A DNA stretch of 64,000 nt from Vreelandella nigrificans (GCF_002374315.1 NZ_NWUX01000006.1:127947-191946), one strand, 5' to 3'. Counted from the stretch's first letter, positions 21,059-31,034 are shown. Notes: generated by a model not told the origin, from the sequence alone. Numbers and translations are program-made.

Positions 21059-21661
21059 ATGGCCAACGACTTTATCGCCCCTGATGGGCTCCCCCGCTGC
21101 CAGTGGTGCGGCGGTGCGGCGGAATTTCTGCCCTACCATGATAACGAGTGGGGTTTCCCGGTAGACGATGATCAGAGGCTGTTCGAGAAGCTCTGCTTGG
21201 AGAGCTTTCAATCAGGCTTAAGCTGGCGCACCATTCTCAATAAACGCGAGAACTTTCGCGCTGCTTTTCACCACTTCGATTTCCACCAAGTCGCTCTCTT
21301 TAGCGAAGAGGATGTGCAGCGCTTGCTTCAAGATGCAGGCATTATTCGCCACCGAGGAAAAATCGAAGCGACTATCAACAACGCCCAACGTGCAAAGGAG
21401 ATGGTCGAGCAGGAAGGCTCGCTGGCGGCGTTCTTCTGGCGCTATGAGCCTACCGAATCAGCAACGCCACAAACTCAGACTACCTCGCCCGAATCCATCG
21501 CCCTTGCCAAGGAGTTAAAAAAACGTGGCTGGAAATTTTTCGGCCCCACCACCGCTTTTGCCTTTATGCAGGCCATGGGGTTGCTCAACGACCACTCGCT
21601 AAATTGCGTTACGCGTCAAAGGGTAGAACAAGCGCGGCAGCAGTTTCAGCGGCCCTATTAG
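21059..21661 (+). CDS. tag: DNA-3-methyladenine glycosylase I
   Basis: CQWCGG...YHDNEWGFP...LCLESFQSGLSWRTIL typical of Tag. Confidence 0.85.
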   Translation: MANDFIAPDGLPRCQWCGGAAEFLPYHDNEWGFPVDDDQRLFEKLCLESFQSGLSWRTILNKRENFRAAFHHFDFHQVALFSEEDVQRLLQDAGIIRHRGKIEATINNAQRAKEMVEQEGSLAAFFWRYEPTESATPQTQTTSPESIALAKELKKRGWKFFGPTTAFAFMQAMGLLNDHSLNCVTRQRVEQARQQFQRPY

Positions 21662-21694
21662 ATAAAGTCGAAGTAAACACACAACCTATCGTTA

Positions 21695-23146
21695 TTACTT
21701 CAGCACCACCTCATGCGCCTGTACCTCCTCCACCATTTCGGTGGCCAGCATCCCTATCGTTCTCACAGCATCTTCGATAGCAGGAGTAAGCGTAAACGCG
21801 TAGTTAAGACGCAGACATTGGCGGAACTTGCCCGAGGCTGAAAACAGCGAGCCCGGCGCCACGTGGATAGCATGCTGTGCCAAGCGTTCATTGAGGCGCA
21901 CGCAGTCCACCGCCGCGGGTAACTCAACCCATAGCAAGAAACTGCCTTGGGGGAAGCTGATACCTGAACCCTTAGGAAAGTAGCGCTGAACCCAGCTGAT
22001 CATGATATCGCGCTGGCGCTGATACTGGCGGGTGGCGTAGCGAAGGTGGCGCTCGTAGTGGCCTTTAGCGACGAACTCCGCCACTGCCAGCTGCGGCATT
22101 GTAGCCGAGGCACCGGTGGAGACGTACTTCATATGCAGGGCCTGATCGCGGTAGCGGCCCGGTGCCAGCCAGCCCACCCGCAGGCCTGGGCCCACCGTTT
22201 TGGAAAAGCCGCTACACAGCATCACACGCCCGTCATCGTCGAAGGATTTCACCGTGCGCGGCCTGGGCAAGGTAAATGATAAATCGCCGTAGATATCGTC
22301 TTCGATAATCGCCACATCAAAACGTTGGGCAAGTTGAAACAACGACCGCTTGCGTGCTTCAGGCATGGTGTAACCCAGCGGGTTGTTGTATGTGGGCGTG
22401 ACCTGTATCGCGCGGATTGGCCACTGCTCCAACGCTAGCTCCAGAGCTTCCAGGCTAATGCCAGTTTGCGGGTCGGTGGGAATTTCCAGCGCTTTCAAGC
22501 CGTTGGCTTTGAGAATCTGCATGGTGCCGTAGAAGCTGGGCGAATCAACGGCCACGACGTCGCCAGGCTGGGTTAGCGTGCGCAGTGAAATGGCCAACGC
22601 CTCCTGGCAGCCGGTGGTGACCATAATGTCATCCGGATGCAGCAAGCAGCCAGAGGCGATCGCCAGCCGTGCCACCTGTTGGCGCAGTTCGGGGCTACCG
22701 TTCAATTTATCGTAATTGAAACCGTTTAAGTCATTGCCGCGATGCAAACCAGAGAGGATTTTCGACAATGGCTTAAGCGTTTCATAAGCCAGATTCGGCA
22801 CGCCACGACCTAGTAGCAGGCGACTATCATCACGCTGAGTAGCGACTAGCTCTAATACTTGATCCCACTGAGAAATATCCAATGGCCGTTGGGCAGGACG
22901 AGAGACCGATGGCAGCACCGATGGCACCCGGCTAGGCAGTACAAAGTAGCCAGACTTAGGCCGCGACTCAATCAATGCCACATCCATTAGTTGGCGGTAG
23001 GCCTCCTGGGCTGTAGAAATGCTGACATCCAGCTCCTGGCACACCGCACGAATAGAGGGCAAGCGATCACCTACACGGTAAATACCGTGCTCGATGCGCT
23101 CGCGCAAAATGCTGGCGACTTCTTCATAGCGTGTCATGACACTCAC
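21695..23146 (-). CDS. MocR-family (GntR-HTH plus aminotransferase-like) transcriptional regulator
   Basis: wHTH LPSIRAVCQELDVSISTAQEAYRQL plus a PLP-dependent fold; FSKTVGPGLRVGW lysine region. Confidence 0.8.
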   Translation of the reverse strand: MSVMTRYEEVASILRERIEHGIYRVGDRLPSIRAVCQELDVSISTAQEAYRQLMDVALIESRPKSGYFVLPSRVPSVLPSVSRPAQRPLDISQWDQVLELVATQRDDSRLLLGRGVPNLAYETLKPLSKILSGLHRGNDLNGFNYDKLNGSPELRQQVARLAIASGCLLHPDDIMVTTGCQEALAISLRTLTQPGDVVAVDSPSFYGTMQILKANGLKALEIPTDPQTGISLEALELALEQWPIRAIQVTPTYNNPLGYTMPEARKRSLFQLAQRFDVAIIEDDIYGDLSFTLPRPRTVKSFDDDGRVMLCSGFSKTVGPGLRVGWLAPGRYRDQALHMKYVSTGASATMPQLAVAEFVAKGHYERHLRYATRQYQRQRDIMISWVQRYFPKGSGISFPQGSFLLWVELPAAVDCVRLNERLAQHAIHVAPGSLFSASGKFRQCLRLNYAFTLTPAIEDAVRTIGMLATEMVEEVQAHEVVLK

Positions 23147-23301
23147 CCTAATGCAGCCTGATAACGATACAGATGACCTCTACATCGGCCATACAGAGGC
23201 ATAACACGCCCTTCTGTATCCTAAAAACATTAAACTCTATATCTGTATTCAAATGATAGCACTGAGTAATCTGGTTGGGCATATAACACGGAGGATTAGC
23301 C

Positions 23302-23499
23302 ATGCCACGCTTCAGCCTCACTCAGCTTCGTTATCAGCTAAGATCTCAACTGCGCCAGTACCGCCACTACCGCCGTAGCCGCCGTCAGCTATTGGCTCTG
23401 GATGACCGACTACTTGAAGATATTGGCATCAACCGTGCAGAGGCGCTAAAAGAGGGTCATAAAGTGTTTTGGCAGCACGCACCACTTAACAAGGACTGA
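23302..23499 (+). CDS. DUF1127 domain small protein
   Basis: 65 aa; RRSRRQLLALDDRLLEDIGINRAEA matches the DUF1127 core. Confidence 0.7.
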   Translation: MPRFSLTQLRYQLRSQLRQYRHYRRSRRQLLALDDRLLEDIGINRAEALKEGHKVFWQHAPLNKD

Positions 23500-23500
23500 T

Positions 23501-24373
23501 ATGAAAACCGCTGAGTATTACTTGCTGGACGTCTTTACCGCCCAGCCGTTTACCGGCAACCCTTTGGCCATCTTTCTTGAGGCCGATGAGTTGACAACCA
23601 GTACCATGCAGGCGATGGCCAATGAGCTTAACCTTGCTGAAACGGTGTTTTTGAGTGCTGCTACTGGGCCAAATCACTACCCCATGCGCATATTTACCCC
23701 TACTGAGGAGCTACCTTTTGCTGGCCACCCCACAGTGGGCACTGCGCAGTTGCTAGCACAGCTGAAGCTAGTGAGTCCTACGCAAACGTTAGTACTGCAG
23801 CCCCCCATCGGTGAGTTAGCGGTAAATTATGAACAAGGTAGAGCAACCTTTACCACTGCCCAGCCCACCATAGTTTCAGACAGCACTTTTGATCGTATCA
23901 CTGCCGTTGAGCTGCTGGGACTGGACATTCACCAGGTTATTGGTGACCCCGTGCTGTCCTCCTGCGGGCTACCTTTTCACTTGATTGAACTCACCGACGT
24001 AGCTGCATTAGAGAGCGTTCATATCTCGACGACCACCTGGGCAAGTGCTGTCGCATCCAGCAGCGCCGAACAGGTATATCTATATGTGATAGAGCAGACC
24101 AATGGAGCAGAAACAGTGGTTAAAAGCCGCATGTTCTGTATGCACACCAGTATCTGCGAAGACCCCGCCACCGGCAGCGCCGCAGCAGCATTAACCGGCT
24201 ACTTGGCAACACTTCAGCCGAACACCTTGCAATGCACAATTCATCAGGGTGTTGAGATGGGCCGCCCCAGTGTTATCTACACAGCAGCAAATGGCGGTAT
24301 CAAACCCGGCTTTGTGCAGGTTGGCGGTAACGCAGTGGTAGTGGGTAAGGGAGAGTTTTACCTAGAACAGTAA
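23501..24373 (+). CDS. PhzF-family isomerase (phenazine biosynthesis-like protein)
   Basis: YLLDVFTAQPFTGNPLAIF...LAETVFL N-terminal PhzF signature; 290 aa. Confidence 0.85.
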   Translation: MKTAEYYLLDVFTAQPFTGNPLAIFLEADELTTSTMQAMANELNLAETVFLSAATGPNHYPMRIFTPTEELPFAGHPTVGTAQLLAQLKLVSPTQTLVLQPPIGELAVNYEQGRATFTTAQPTIVSDSTFDRITAVELLGLDIHQVIGDPVLSSCGLPFHLIELTDVAALESVHISTTTWASAVASSSAEQVYLYVIEQTNGAETVVKSRMFCMHTSICEDPATGSAAAALTGYLATLQPNTLQCTIHQGVEMGRPSVIYTAANGGIKPGFVQVGGNAVVVGKGEFYLEQ

Positions 24374-24383
24374 CCAAAAGCTG

Positions 24384-24419
24384 AAACAAAAAAGAGTGCC
24401 CACGATATCGCGGACACTC
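24384..24419 (-). terminator. Hairpin plus U-tract on the minus strand downstream of the Hsp20 remnant
   Basis: GAGTG...CACTC stem around a GATATC-centred near-palindrome, preceded on the plus strand by AAACAAAAAA, which is the U-run for the minus transcript. Confidence 0.45.
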
Positions 24420-24444
24420 AGCATCTGTTCTCAGTTGGCTAACG

Positions 24445-24711
24445 TTATGCTGCCTGTACCTCAATACGGCGGGTACGGTGGCTATCTTTCTTGGGCAGCG
24501 TTAGCGTCAGTACGCCGTTGACGAGAGTGGCGCTAATGGCATCACTGTCCACTTCGTGACTGAGGTTAAAACGCCGCGCAAAACGCTGGCCGCGAACCTC
24601 GGCGTGCAGCGCGCTCAGCCCTTCAGGCATATTCAGCGCTATCTCACCCTCCAGGCTTAACACGTTGTTGTCGAGTTCTACTTTAAGCGTCTCGTTGGTG
24701 ACGCCGGGCAT
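24445..24711 (-). pseudogene. Hsp20/alpha-crystallin small heat-shock protein, N-terminally truncated remnant
   Basis: Only the C-terminal ~85 residues of an alpha-crystallin domain are present (KVELDNNVLSLEGE...RRFNLSHEVDSDAISATLVNGVLTLTLPKK). Homology stops abruptly at ~24711, where TonB-dependent receptor homology begins on the opposite strand. Confidence 0.65.
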
Positions 24712-24714
24712 AGA

Positions 24715-25840
24715 GTGATGCGGGTCAATGAATCTACCGGAGCACTAACTCGCCGTGCTGATGCCAACTACGGCTTTGACCGGCGCGTACAGTACACCGC
24801 CTGGGATACCACAGGTAGCGCCACTCTGGCAGGTATGCGCCACGACTTCACCATCGGTGTAGATCATGAGCGCCAGCAGGATTATCTGGCCGAGGTGTAT
24901 CGCGGCACAGCGGTGAGCGATCAGAATATATACGACATCAGTTACGGCGGCCTTAACCTGGATAGCAATAGCCTCAGATGAAGTGAGCACTACCGGGGTG
25001 TATGTGAGTGACCGCTGGCACCTTAACGAGCGCTGGATACTGGGGCTAGGTGGGCGTTATACCCACTATGAACAACTCGGCGGCCGCGGACAGAACTTCA
25101 TCACTGAGACCGATATTAGCGACAATATCTTCCTACCGTCGGTCAGCTTGCTGCATCGTCTAACCCCAGAGACCTCCGTTTACGCTAGCTACAGTGAGGC
25201 CTTTGTGCCCAATGGCGCCGACAGCGATACAGGGCAAACGCTAGACCCGGAGCATAGCAAGGGCAGTGAAATTGGGGTGAAGCATCTATGGAACGACCAA
25301 CTATCGCTAGCCGTTGCACTATTTGATATCCGCAAAGAGAATATTGCAGTCTCTGACAACGGTGTCACCCGCACAATAGGCGAAGCAGGCTCCCAGGGTG
25401 TGGAGCTAACGATCTCCGGTCAGTTAACCGATCAGTTATCGCTATTGGGGTCTTATGCTTATACCGACACTGAAGTGCTAAAAGACACCGCTGGCACTCA
25501 GGGCAACCGGCTCAGCAACTCCGCACGCCATACCGCCAACCTTTACTTAGCTCACGACCTAACCACTGCACCAGAACTGGGTAACTGGCGTGTGGGCGGC
25601 GGTGTACGCTACGTGGGTAAACGCGAAGGCGATGCTAACAACAGCTTTCAGCTAGACGCTTATACCGTCGCCGATGCGTTTATCGGCTGGGATACCCCCT
25701 GGCTGGGCGACAACCTGCACCTGCAGCTCAATGCCAAGAACCTATTTGATACTACTTACTACCCTTCAAGCGGCGGCAACACGCGGGTAGTAGTCGGCAA
25801 TCCACTGGAAGTTAGTCTTCAGGCGTCGGTGAGGTTTTAG
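24715..25840 (+). pseudogene. TonB-dependent receptor, C-terminal beta-barrel fragment lacking the plug and N-terminal half, with a frameshift near 24980
   Basis: Two ORFs in different frames (24715-24981, 24983-25840) both with TBDR barrel homology; terminal ...SLQASVRF with C-terminal Phe; no TonB box or plug. Confidence 0.7.
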
Positions 25841-25875
25841 TACTCCTCCATTGGCTAACGGCTTAGTCAGCCGCT

Positions 25876-25900
25876 GTTTACCAGCGGCTGATGTTCTATC
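25876..25900. terminator. Hairpin between the TBDR remnant and the 3' end of the giant ATPase gene
   Basis: TCAGCCGCTG-tttac-CAGCGGCTGA perfect 10-bp stem. Confidence 0.45.
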
Positions 25901-25938
25901 CATCGCGGATCATTAGTCAATCACGCATGATTAGCATC

Positions 25939-28900
25939 TCAGTCAGTATTAACTCCCCCCGGTTTTACCTTCCCCCACTGGCCAACCCCTTCCGCAATTA
26001 AGCTTAACTGGCGAACCACCAAGGCACCGGTCTCTTCATTGCCACCGGTTAGTTGCCGACGTTGGAACTCACGTTTGATATCTGCCCAGCGCTGTTTTTC
26101 CTCTTCGCTTAAGGTGCCTCTCAGCTCTTTCAGCTTGAGCAGATTCTCTTCGGCCCCTTGGGTTAACAGCTGCGCTTCACCGACGTAATGATCATCAATG
26201 ATCGCTTCAAGCTCGTCGTCGCTGAGTATCGGCGACATCTTTTCCGCCAAGCGATTCATATTGCGGTAGCTGCCCTGTAGGCGGAATGACGGCTCCGTCC
26301 GGTACTCGTCAGCCTGGGCGCTGGAGGCGATATACTGCTGATTCACGCGCAGCACCACTTCACGTGCTTTAAACATACTCTTCAGCACCGCCACGATCTC
26401 TTCTCGCTCTGCGGCGCTATAGTCGTGTTCAAAGTCGGTGCTCGGCACCTCGCGGCCCATGGCGATATCAACAAAGCGGTAGAAATCGTCCATGCCCCGC
26501 GTGGCCAAAGAGGCGAGCACCGTATTGGCACTCATGGCGTTCTCAATGTAAGAGAGCGCAAACACCTCTTCCATGCCGCTTAATACATCACCCAGGTTAT
26601 AAACGTCGGCGCGGTTAGCCAGCATGTCGGGCACTTTGAACACGTCGCCGCTTTCGGTGTAAGGGTTACCCGCCATGGCGATACAGAAGCGCTTACCGCG
26701 CATATCGTAGGTTTTAGTACGCCCGTTCCAGATACCGTCTACCCGCCGACTGCCATCGCATAACGAGATAAATTTCTGCAAAAACTCAGGATGGGTATGC
26801 TGAATATCATCCAGATAGAGCATAACGTTGTTGCCCATCTCAAAGGCGAGGTTGAGCTTGATCAGCTCGGCCCGGGCGGTGGAATGAGTAGCAGCATCAG
26901 GATCCAGCGAGGTCACATCATGACCAAGGCTGGGGCAGTTAATCTTCATAAAGATCAGCCCCAAGCGGTTCGCCACATACTCCATTAGCGTGGTTTTACC
27001 GTAGCCAGGTGGCGAAATCATCATCAGCAAACCGCTGTTATCCGTTCGCCTTGTATCGCCCACCGTGCCCATCTGCTTAGCCAGGTTATCGCCAATAATG
27101 GGTAGGTAGCTTTCGGTAATCAGCTTGTTGCGCACAAAGGAGTTGAGCGGTTTAGGTAGGTACTCTTCTAGCCGCAACCGCTCCCGCTGCTCGCGTAAAA
27201 TCAGCTGACGACGCTCTTGCAGTGCCGTCCAGTCGCGTATAACGACCTGCTCATGGTGGCGCAGTCGCTCCTGAAAGTCATCGAGTTGAAACGTTAGCTC
27301 CTGCTGCTCAAGGCGCCCATGCTGCCCCAGCAAGCCAGTAACGGTGAAAGCTAGCTCGACATTATGGGGAGCGGTGCTTAACCGGTCAGCCGTGTTAAGC
27401 ATGGCAATCGCTTCAGGCAGGTAGTGCAGCAACGCCTCTTGCTTGGCTTGCCCCGCGTGGGCCTGTAGCCAGTGGGAAGTGATCACCCAGCGGGCGCCGG
27501 GATTACCCGCAACCACCGCCAAGGCTTCTTGAAAATGCGCGTAGTGGCCCTGCTGCTGCATGGAGGTGGTAAAGCTCTCTACCAGGCTGGCGGCGTACTG
27601 GGTGACCGGAAAACGCTCGCCCTCTTCAGCCAACTGGCGCACCAGAAAATCAGTGGCACTGCTTATCTCACTCACCGAGCAGTTGATCTGCTGGGCCGAT
27701 ACAAAGGCACCAAGCTGCGGCTGCACTTCCTGGATCAAGGCGTTTAACAGATCCTCGTTATTCATAATGCGGCACAGGATACCCGCCGATAGACAGCGGG
27801 TGCGCAGGTTGCGGGTCGCCTCTTCATCATGGATGCGGTCGGCCCAGAACAGCATCGCCAGCGCCCGGGACAGTGGCCCAAATCCTAGCAAACCAGCACT
27901 TTGGCGTGCTGGCCATAGAGTGCGTACGATGTGCGCAGCATCGTGATCGTGGATACCTTTTTCGTAGCTTTCGCGATAGCGCGGCGAGGCAAAATTGGCA
28001 ATCTGCCGCTGAAGCTCGCTGAAATCTTCGACATTAACTGGCTTGGCACCGGGCTTCGCCAACTCGTCCATAAAACGATAGGCAAGGTACTCAGCGCGAT
28101 AAACAGTGGGGCTTTCGGAAGGCAGCAGCATTCCCCAGTAATCTTGCAGTTCGGTCAGCCGCTCATCTTCCAACGGCTCGTAATACTGGGTGCCCGTCAG
28201 GTGCAGCATGATGCGCTCTTGGCGCGGCACCAGGGTTAAATCGAGATGCTGCTGGTTGACGCTGAAGCGGTGGCGCGGCCCTAAGCGAATAACATCGCCA
28301 CCGGACTCATAGATATCGGAGCGGTCGCGCACGCTACGCATGGCAGCATCTTGGGAGGAGCGTAGACGCCCGGCGATATCATCCGCCTCAAGGTTACCGC
28401 CCATTTCGCGTAGCTCATCGATCATGCTACGCACTTTACCTACCATGGCATCCGCCGCGAAGAAGCTATGTAGCTCTTCCAGCGTTTCAAAGCGTTCCGT
28501 GCGCCGCTCCACATTGGCCAGGATTCTCTGACTGGCGTCGGTTAGAGTGGAGACCCGGCGTTGACGTTCATCCTGCAACTGCTGGCGACGTGCTTCGATG
28601 CTTTCATGGGCACTTTCACGCTGCTCAAGGATAGTGGTCAAAAATTCATCAAATTCGCCGAACTGACTCTCCAACTCCTGGAGTTGGTCGAGTATGCGGG
28701 TCATTAACTGATCGCAGTCGTCGGGTTCCCGCAGCGCACCCACGCCGTTAGCCAAGCTCTGCTCAAACAGCCGAATCTGGGCCGCAAACTGCGCCTGGGC
28801 TTCTGCGCTCCCCTGCTCTCTTAAACGGATCTCAGCCTCGGAGCGCTGCTGGTTGATCGAGGCATAGATACTGGAGATATTCTCGGTAATCCGCGTCTGT

Positions 28901-30876
28901 TCGATGGCATCGCCGCCGGACATTGACGATAGCAGCCCTTGGATCATATCCAGGCCCGCAGTCAATTCGCGATAGCGCCCTACGCACTCTGCCAACTGCT
29001 GGCGATTTTCCGCCTCACCTACCTGCTCTTTTAGTGCTGCCAGGGTTTCCCGGTAGCCGTCCAAGGCTTCAGGTTGAGCAAGAAAGCTGAAGGTCTGCTG
29101 GGTAAGCGACTGCTCCGCTTTATCCAGCGCTTGTTCCAACGCCTGCAAGCGCTCTTCATCCAGGTAGCGGCGCTCGCGTAGCGCCATTAGCCGCCCACGA
29201 TGGTCGCGTAGGTGTTTCAGGTAGGTGACGAATAGGTCGGGGGTTTTCCAACTGCTCGGCTTTAGCTCCCTCAGCAGCGCCGTCTGCTGTTGCTCAACCT
29301 CGTCTAGCGCTTGGGCAGTCTGGGCACGAATCGCCTGAACTTTCTCATACTCATCGAGCATCAGCTCAGCGGTGTGCTTTAGCTGTTCAAGCGCGGCATG
29401 AATGGTTTGAAAGTCAGCTTCACCAATCCAGTGGAACTGGTTCAGCGTGCGGTCGACCCGACGAATAATAGCGTTAAAGTGCCGCTCAGATGCCTGCTGC
29501 TCGTTAGCGAGCTGCACAATGCTATTGAGCTCGGCAATGCCACGCACCAGATCAGGGTTGCCGATTCGGCCTAGTGGCGTGTCGTTACGCACCGCATCCT
29601 GGGCATGAAAACGCTCCGACATAAAGGGCGTTGCCCATACCTGGATGGGGTGAACCAGCGTTGGCTCGTCTTCGGCATAAAAAATCGCCAGGTGGCCGCT
29701 TTCAAGTATCGCCGCACCATGCCCCACCATAGGGGTATCGACCTGCTTGCGGATCAAATTATAACGGTAAAGCACCACCTGCCCAGTTTGCGGCGCGTAG
29801 AAGATATACAGAACATCTTCTCCGTTTGGCGAGCGCACCATGCGCTTGAAACGCAGGTCTTCCTCGGGTACTTCGTAGGTGGTCAACTCACCGGTATTTA
29901 AATAGTATCCTGAAGGGAAAATCAGGCCGTGGTTTTCCGGCAGCTCAACCACCGAGCCCGCCATGGCATCAACACGTTTAACGTGCTGCTCGGCACGATT
30001 AAAAACATAGTAGCGCCACTGTTTCTCGTTGAAGGGCAAAATGCGGATCAGCACCACCGCGCCAAGATCAGCATATTCAAAGGTGGCATCATCCAGCGAC
30101 TGAGAGTCAGACTCTACAGGGTCGGTAAAGATACCCTCGCCGCTGCTGGTGTTGTTCTCAATCTTGAAGGTAATGTTGCCGCGCAGGTTATCAACGAAGA
30201 CGGTATCAAGGATATTCAAATGGGGGGCGCGGCCCTGCTCTTGCATATCCCGGCCTGCTGTCTGCCAGGGGAAAGCGAAGCGGTCAGGAAAGGTCAGGTC
30301 GCGCTCACCGCGGTTATCGATATAGCGGCTCACCTCGCCGCTGGCGGCTAATTCCCAACGGAAAACGCGCAGGTCGCTTAGCTTTTCACCTATTTGAAAA
30401 GCAATCAGCAGTTTGTTGTTAAGGGTGACCAGTTGAACCAGCGTGGCATGACTGTAGTATTTCTGGAGTTCTTTGAAATCTTGAACAAAGCGGCTCTCGG
30501 TGAGAAAGCTATCCGCCATTGGCGCTTCGCTTAACTCAAGCCCCTCTTCATCATCTTTAAGGTAGTAGAGCGCAAAGATATCGGTCGCTTCTAATGCTTT
30601 ACGCAGCCCCAACTGCACATTGAAGCCAAACAGAATTTGCTCGCCAATGCGTACCATATCGCGAGCAATGGCGTTATTTTCGGTGCGTACCCGGGCCCTG
30701 CCCAGCAACGACATGCTACTGCTACCGAAAACCTCAGCTCGGGCTTCGTTCAGTTTACCGATCGACGCGCCCAGTTCACCGCCTTGGGTTCTCAGCCGCC
30801 GCTGAATCGTCTCGAATGCGGTGCTTTCTCTGACAATGTTTTCAACCGAAGAGTGCTCCTTCGACATAGTGTTCAT
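25939..30876 (-). CDS. Giant (1645 aa) multidomain protein of unknown function: beta-rich N-terminal domain, ~450-aa coiled-coil region, helical region, then a MoxR/AAA_5-like AAA+ ATPase near the C-terminus
   Basis: Single uninterrupted ORF; Walker A ISPPGYGKTTL (~nt 26988-27012), Walker B VMLYLDDIQ, AAA_5-like CIAMAGNPYTESG...VPDMLANRADVYNL; co-oriented with and 158 bp downstream of yqiK; the second ATG at 30867 has the better RBS. Confidence 0.8.
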   Translation of the reverse strand: MNTMSKEHSSVENIVRESTAFETIQRRLRTQGGELGASIGKLNEARAEVFGSSSMSLLGRARVRTENNAIARDMVRIGEQILFGFNVQLGLRKALEATDIFALYYLKDDEEGLELSEAPMADSFLTESRFVQDFKELQKYYSHATLVQLVTLNNKLLIAFQIGEKLSDLRVFRWELAASGEVSRYIDNRGERDLTFPDRFAFPWQTAGRDMQEQGRAPHLNILDTVFVDNLRGNITFKIENNTSSGEGIFTDPVESDSQSLDDATFEYADLGAVVLIRILPFNEKQWRYYVFNRAEQHVKRVDAMAGSVVELPENHGLIFPSGYYLNTGELTTYEVPEEDLRFKRMVRSPNGEDVLYIFYAPQTGQVVLYRYNLIRKQVDTPMVGHGAAILESGHLAIFYAEDEPTLVHPIQVWATPFMSERFHAQDAVRNDTPLGRIGNPDLVRGIAELNSIVQLANEQQASERHFNAIIRRVDRTLNQFHWIGEADFQTIHAALEQLKHTAELMLDEYEKVQAIRAQTAQALDEVEQQQTALLRELKPSSWKTPDLFVTYLKHLRDHRGRLMALRERRYLDEERLQALEQALDKAEQSLTQQTFSFLAQPEALDGYRETLAALKEQVGEAENRQQLAECVGRYRELTAGLDMIQGLLSSMSGGDAIEQTRITENISSIYASINQQRSEAEIRLREQGSAEAQAQFAAQIRLFEQSLANGVGALREPDDCDQLMTRILDQLQELESQFGEFDEFLTTILEQRESAHESIEARRQQLQDERQRRVSTLTDASQRILANVERRTERFETLEELHSFFAADAMVGKVRSMIDELREMGGNLEADDIAGRLRSSQDAAMRSVRDRSDIYESGGDVIRLGPRHRFSVNQQHLDLTLVPRQERIMLHLTGTQYYEPLEDERLTELQDYWGMLLPSESPTVYRAEYLAYRFMDELAKPGAKPVNVEDFSELQRQIANFASPRYRESYEKGIHDHDAAHIVRTLWPARQSAGLLGFGPLSRALAMLFWADRIHDEEATRNLRTRCLSAGILCRIMNNEDLLNALIQEVQPQLGAFVSAQQINCSVSEISSATDFLVRQLAEEGERFPVTQYAASLVESFTTSMQQQGHYAHFQEALAVVAGNPGARWVITSHWLQAHAGQAKQEALLHYLPEAIAMLNTADRLSTAPHNVELAFTVTGLLGQHGRLEQQELTFQLDDFQERLRHHEQVVIRDWTALQERRQLILREQRERLRLEEYLPKPLNSFVRNKLITESYLPIIGDNLAKQMGTVGDTRRTDNSGLLMMISPPGYGKTTLMEYVANRLGLIFMKINCPSLGHDVTSLDPDAATHSTARAELIKLNLAFEMGNNVMLYLDDIQHTHPEFLQKFISLCDGSRRVDGIWNGRTKTYDMRGKRFCIAMAGNPYTESGDVFKVPDMLANRADVYNLGDVLSGMEEVFALSYIENAMSANTVLASLATRGMDDFYRFVDIAMGREVPSTDFEHDYSAAEREEIVAVLKSMFKAREVVLRVNQQYIASSAQADEYRTEPSFRLQGSYRNMNRLAEKMSPILSDDELEAIIDDHYVGEAQLLTQGAEENLLKLKELRGTLSEEEKQRWADIKREFQRRQLTGGNEETGALVVRQLSLIAEGVGQWGKVKPGGVNTD

Positions 30877-30904
30877 CCTGAAAAAGTGCTCACTTGAAAT
30901 AGCA

Positions 30905-30935
30905 AAGACCGCAATTGGGTGACAGTTGCGGTCTT
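30905..30935. other. Stem-loop in the yqiK-to-ATPase intergenic spacer
   Basis: AAGACCGCAA-N11-TTGCGGTCTT perfect 10-bp stem. Confidence 0.4.
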
Positions 30936-31034
30936 AGGCTTTTACGAAAACTGCCTGGGTAGGTCATCGGCCGCTTGGCGCGATACTACCGGCAAGGCTG
31001 GGGCAGTTCCCACGGTAGAGAGCCGCCCTATCCT

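Noticed and set aside
24445-24711. Intact small heat-shock protein gene
   Set aside because: Only the C-terminal part of the alpha-crystallin domain is present. The N-terminal region and first beta-strands are missing, and the upstream sequence belongs to a TBDR remnant on the other strand.
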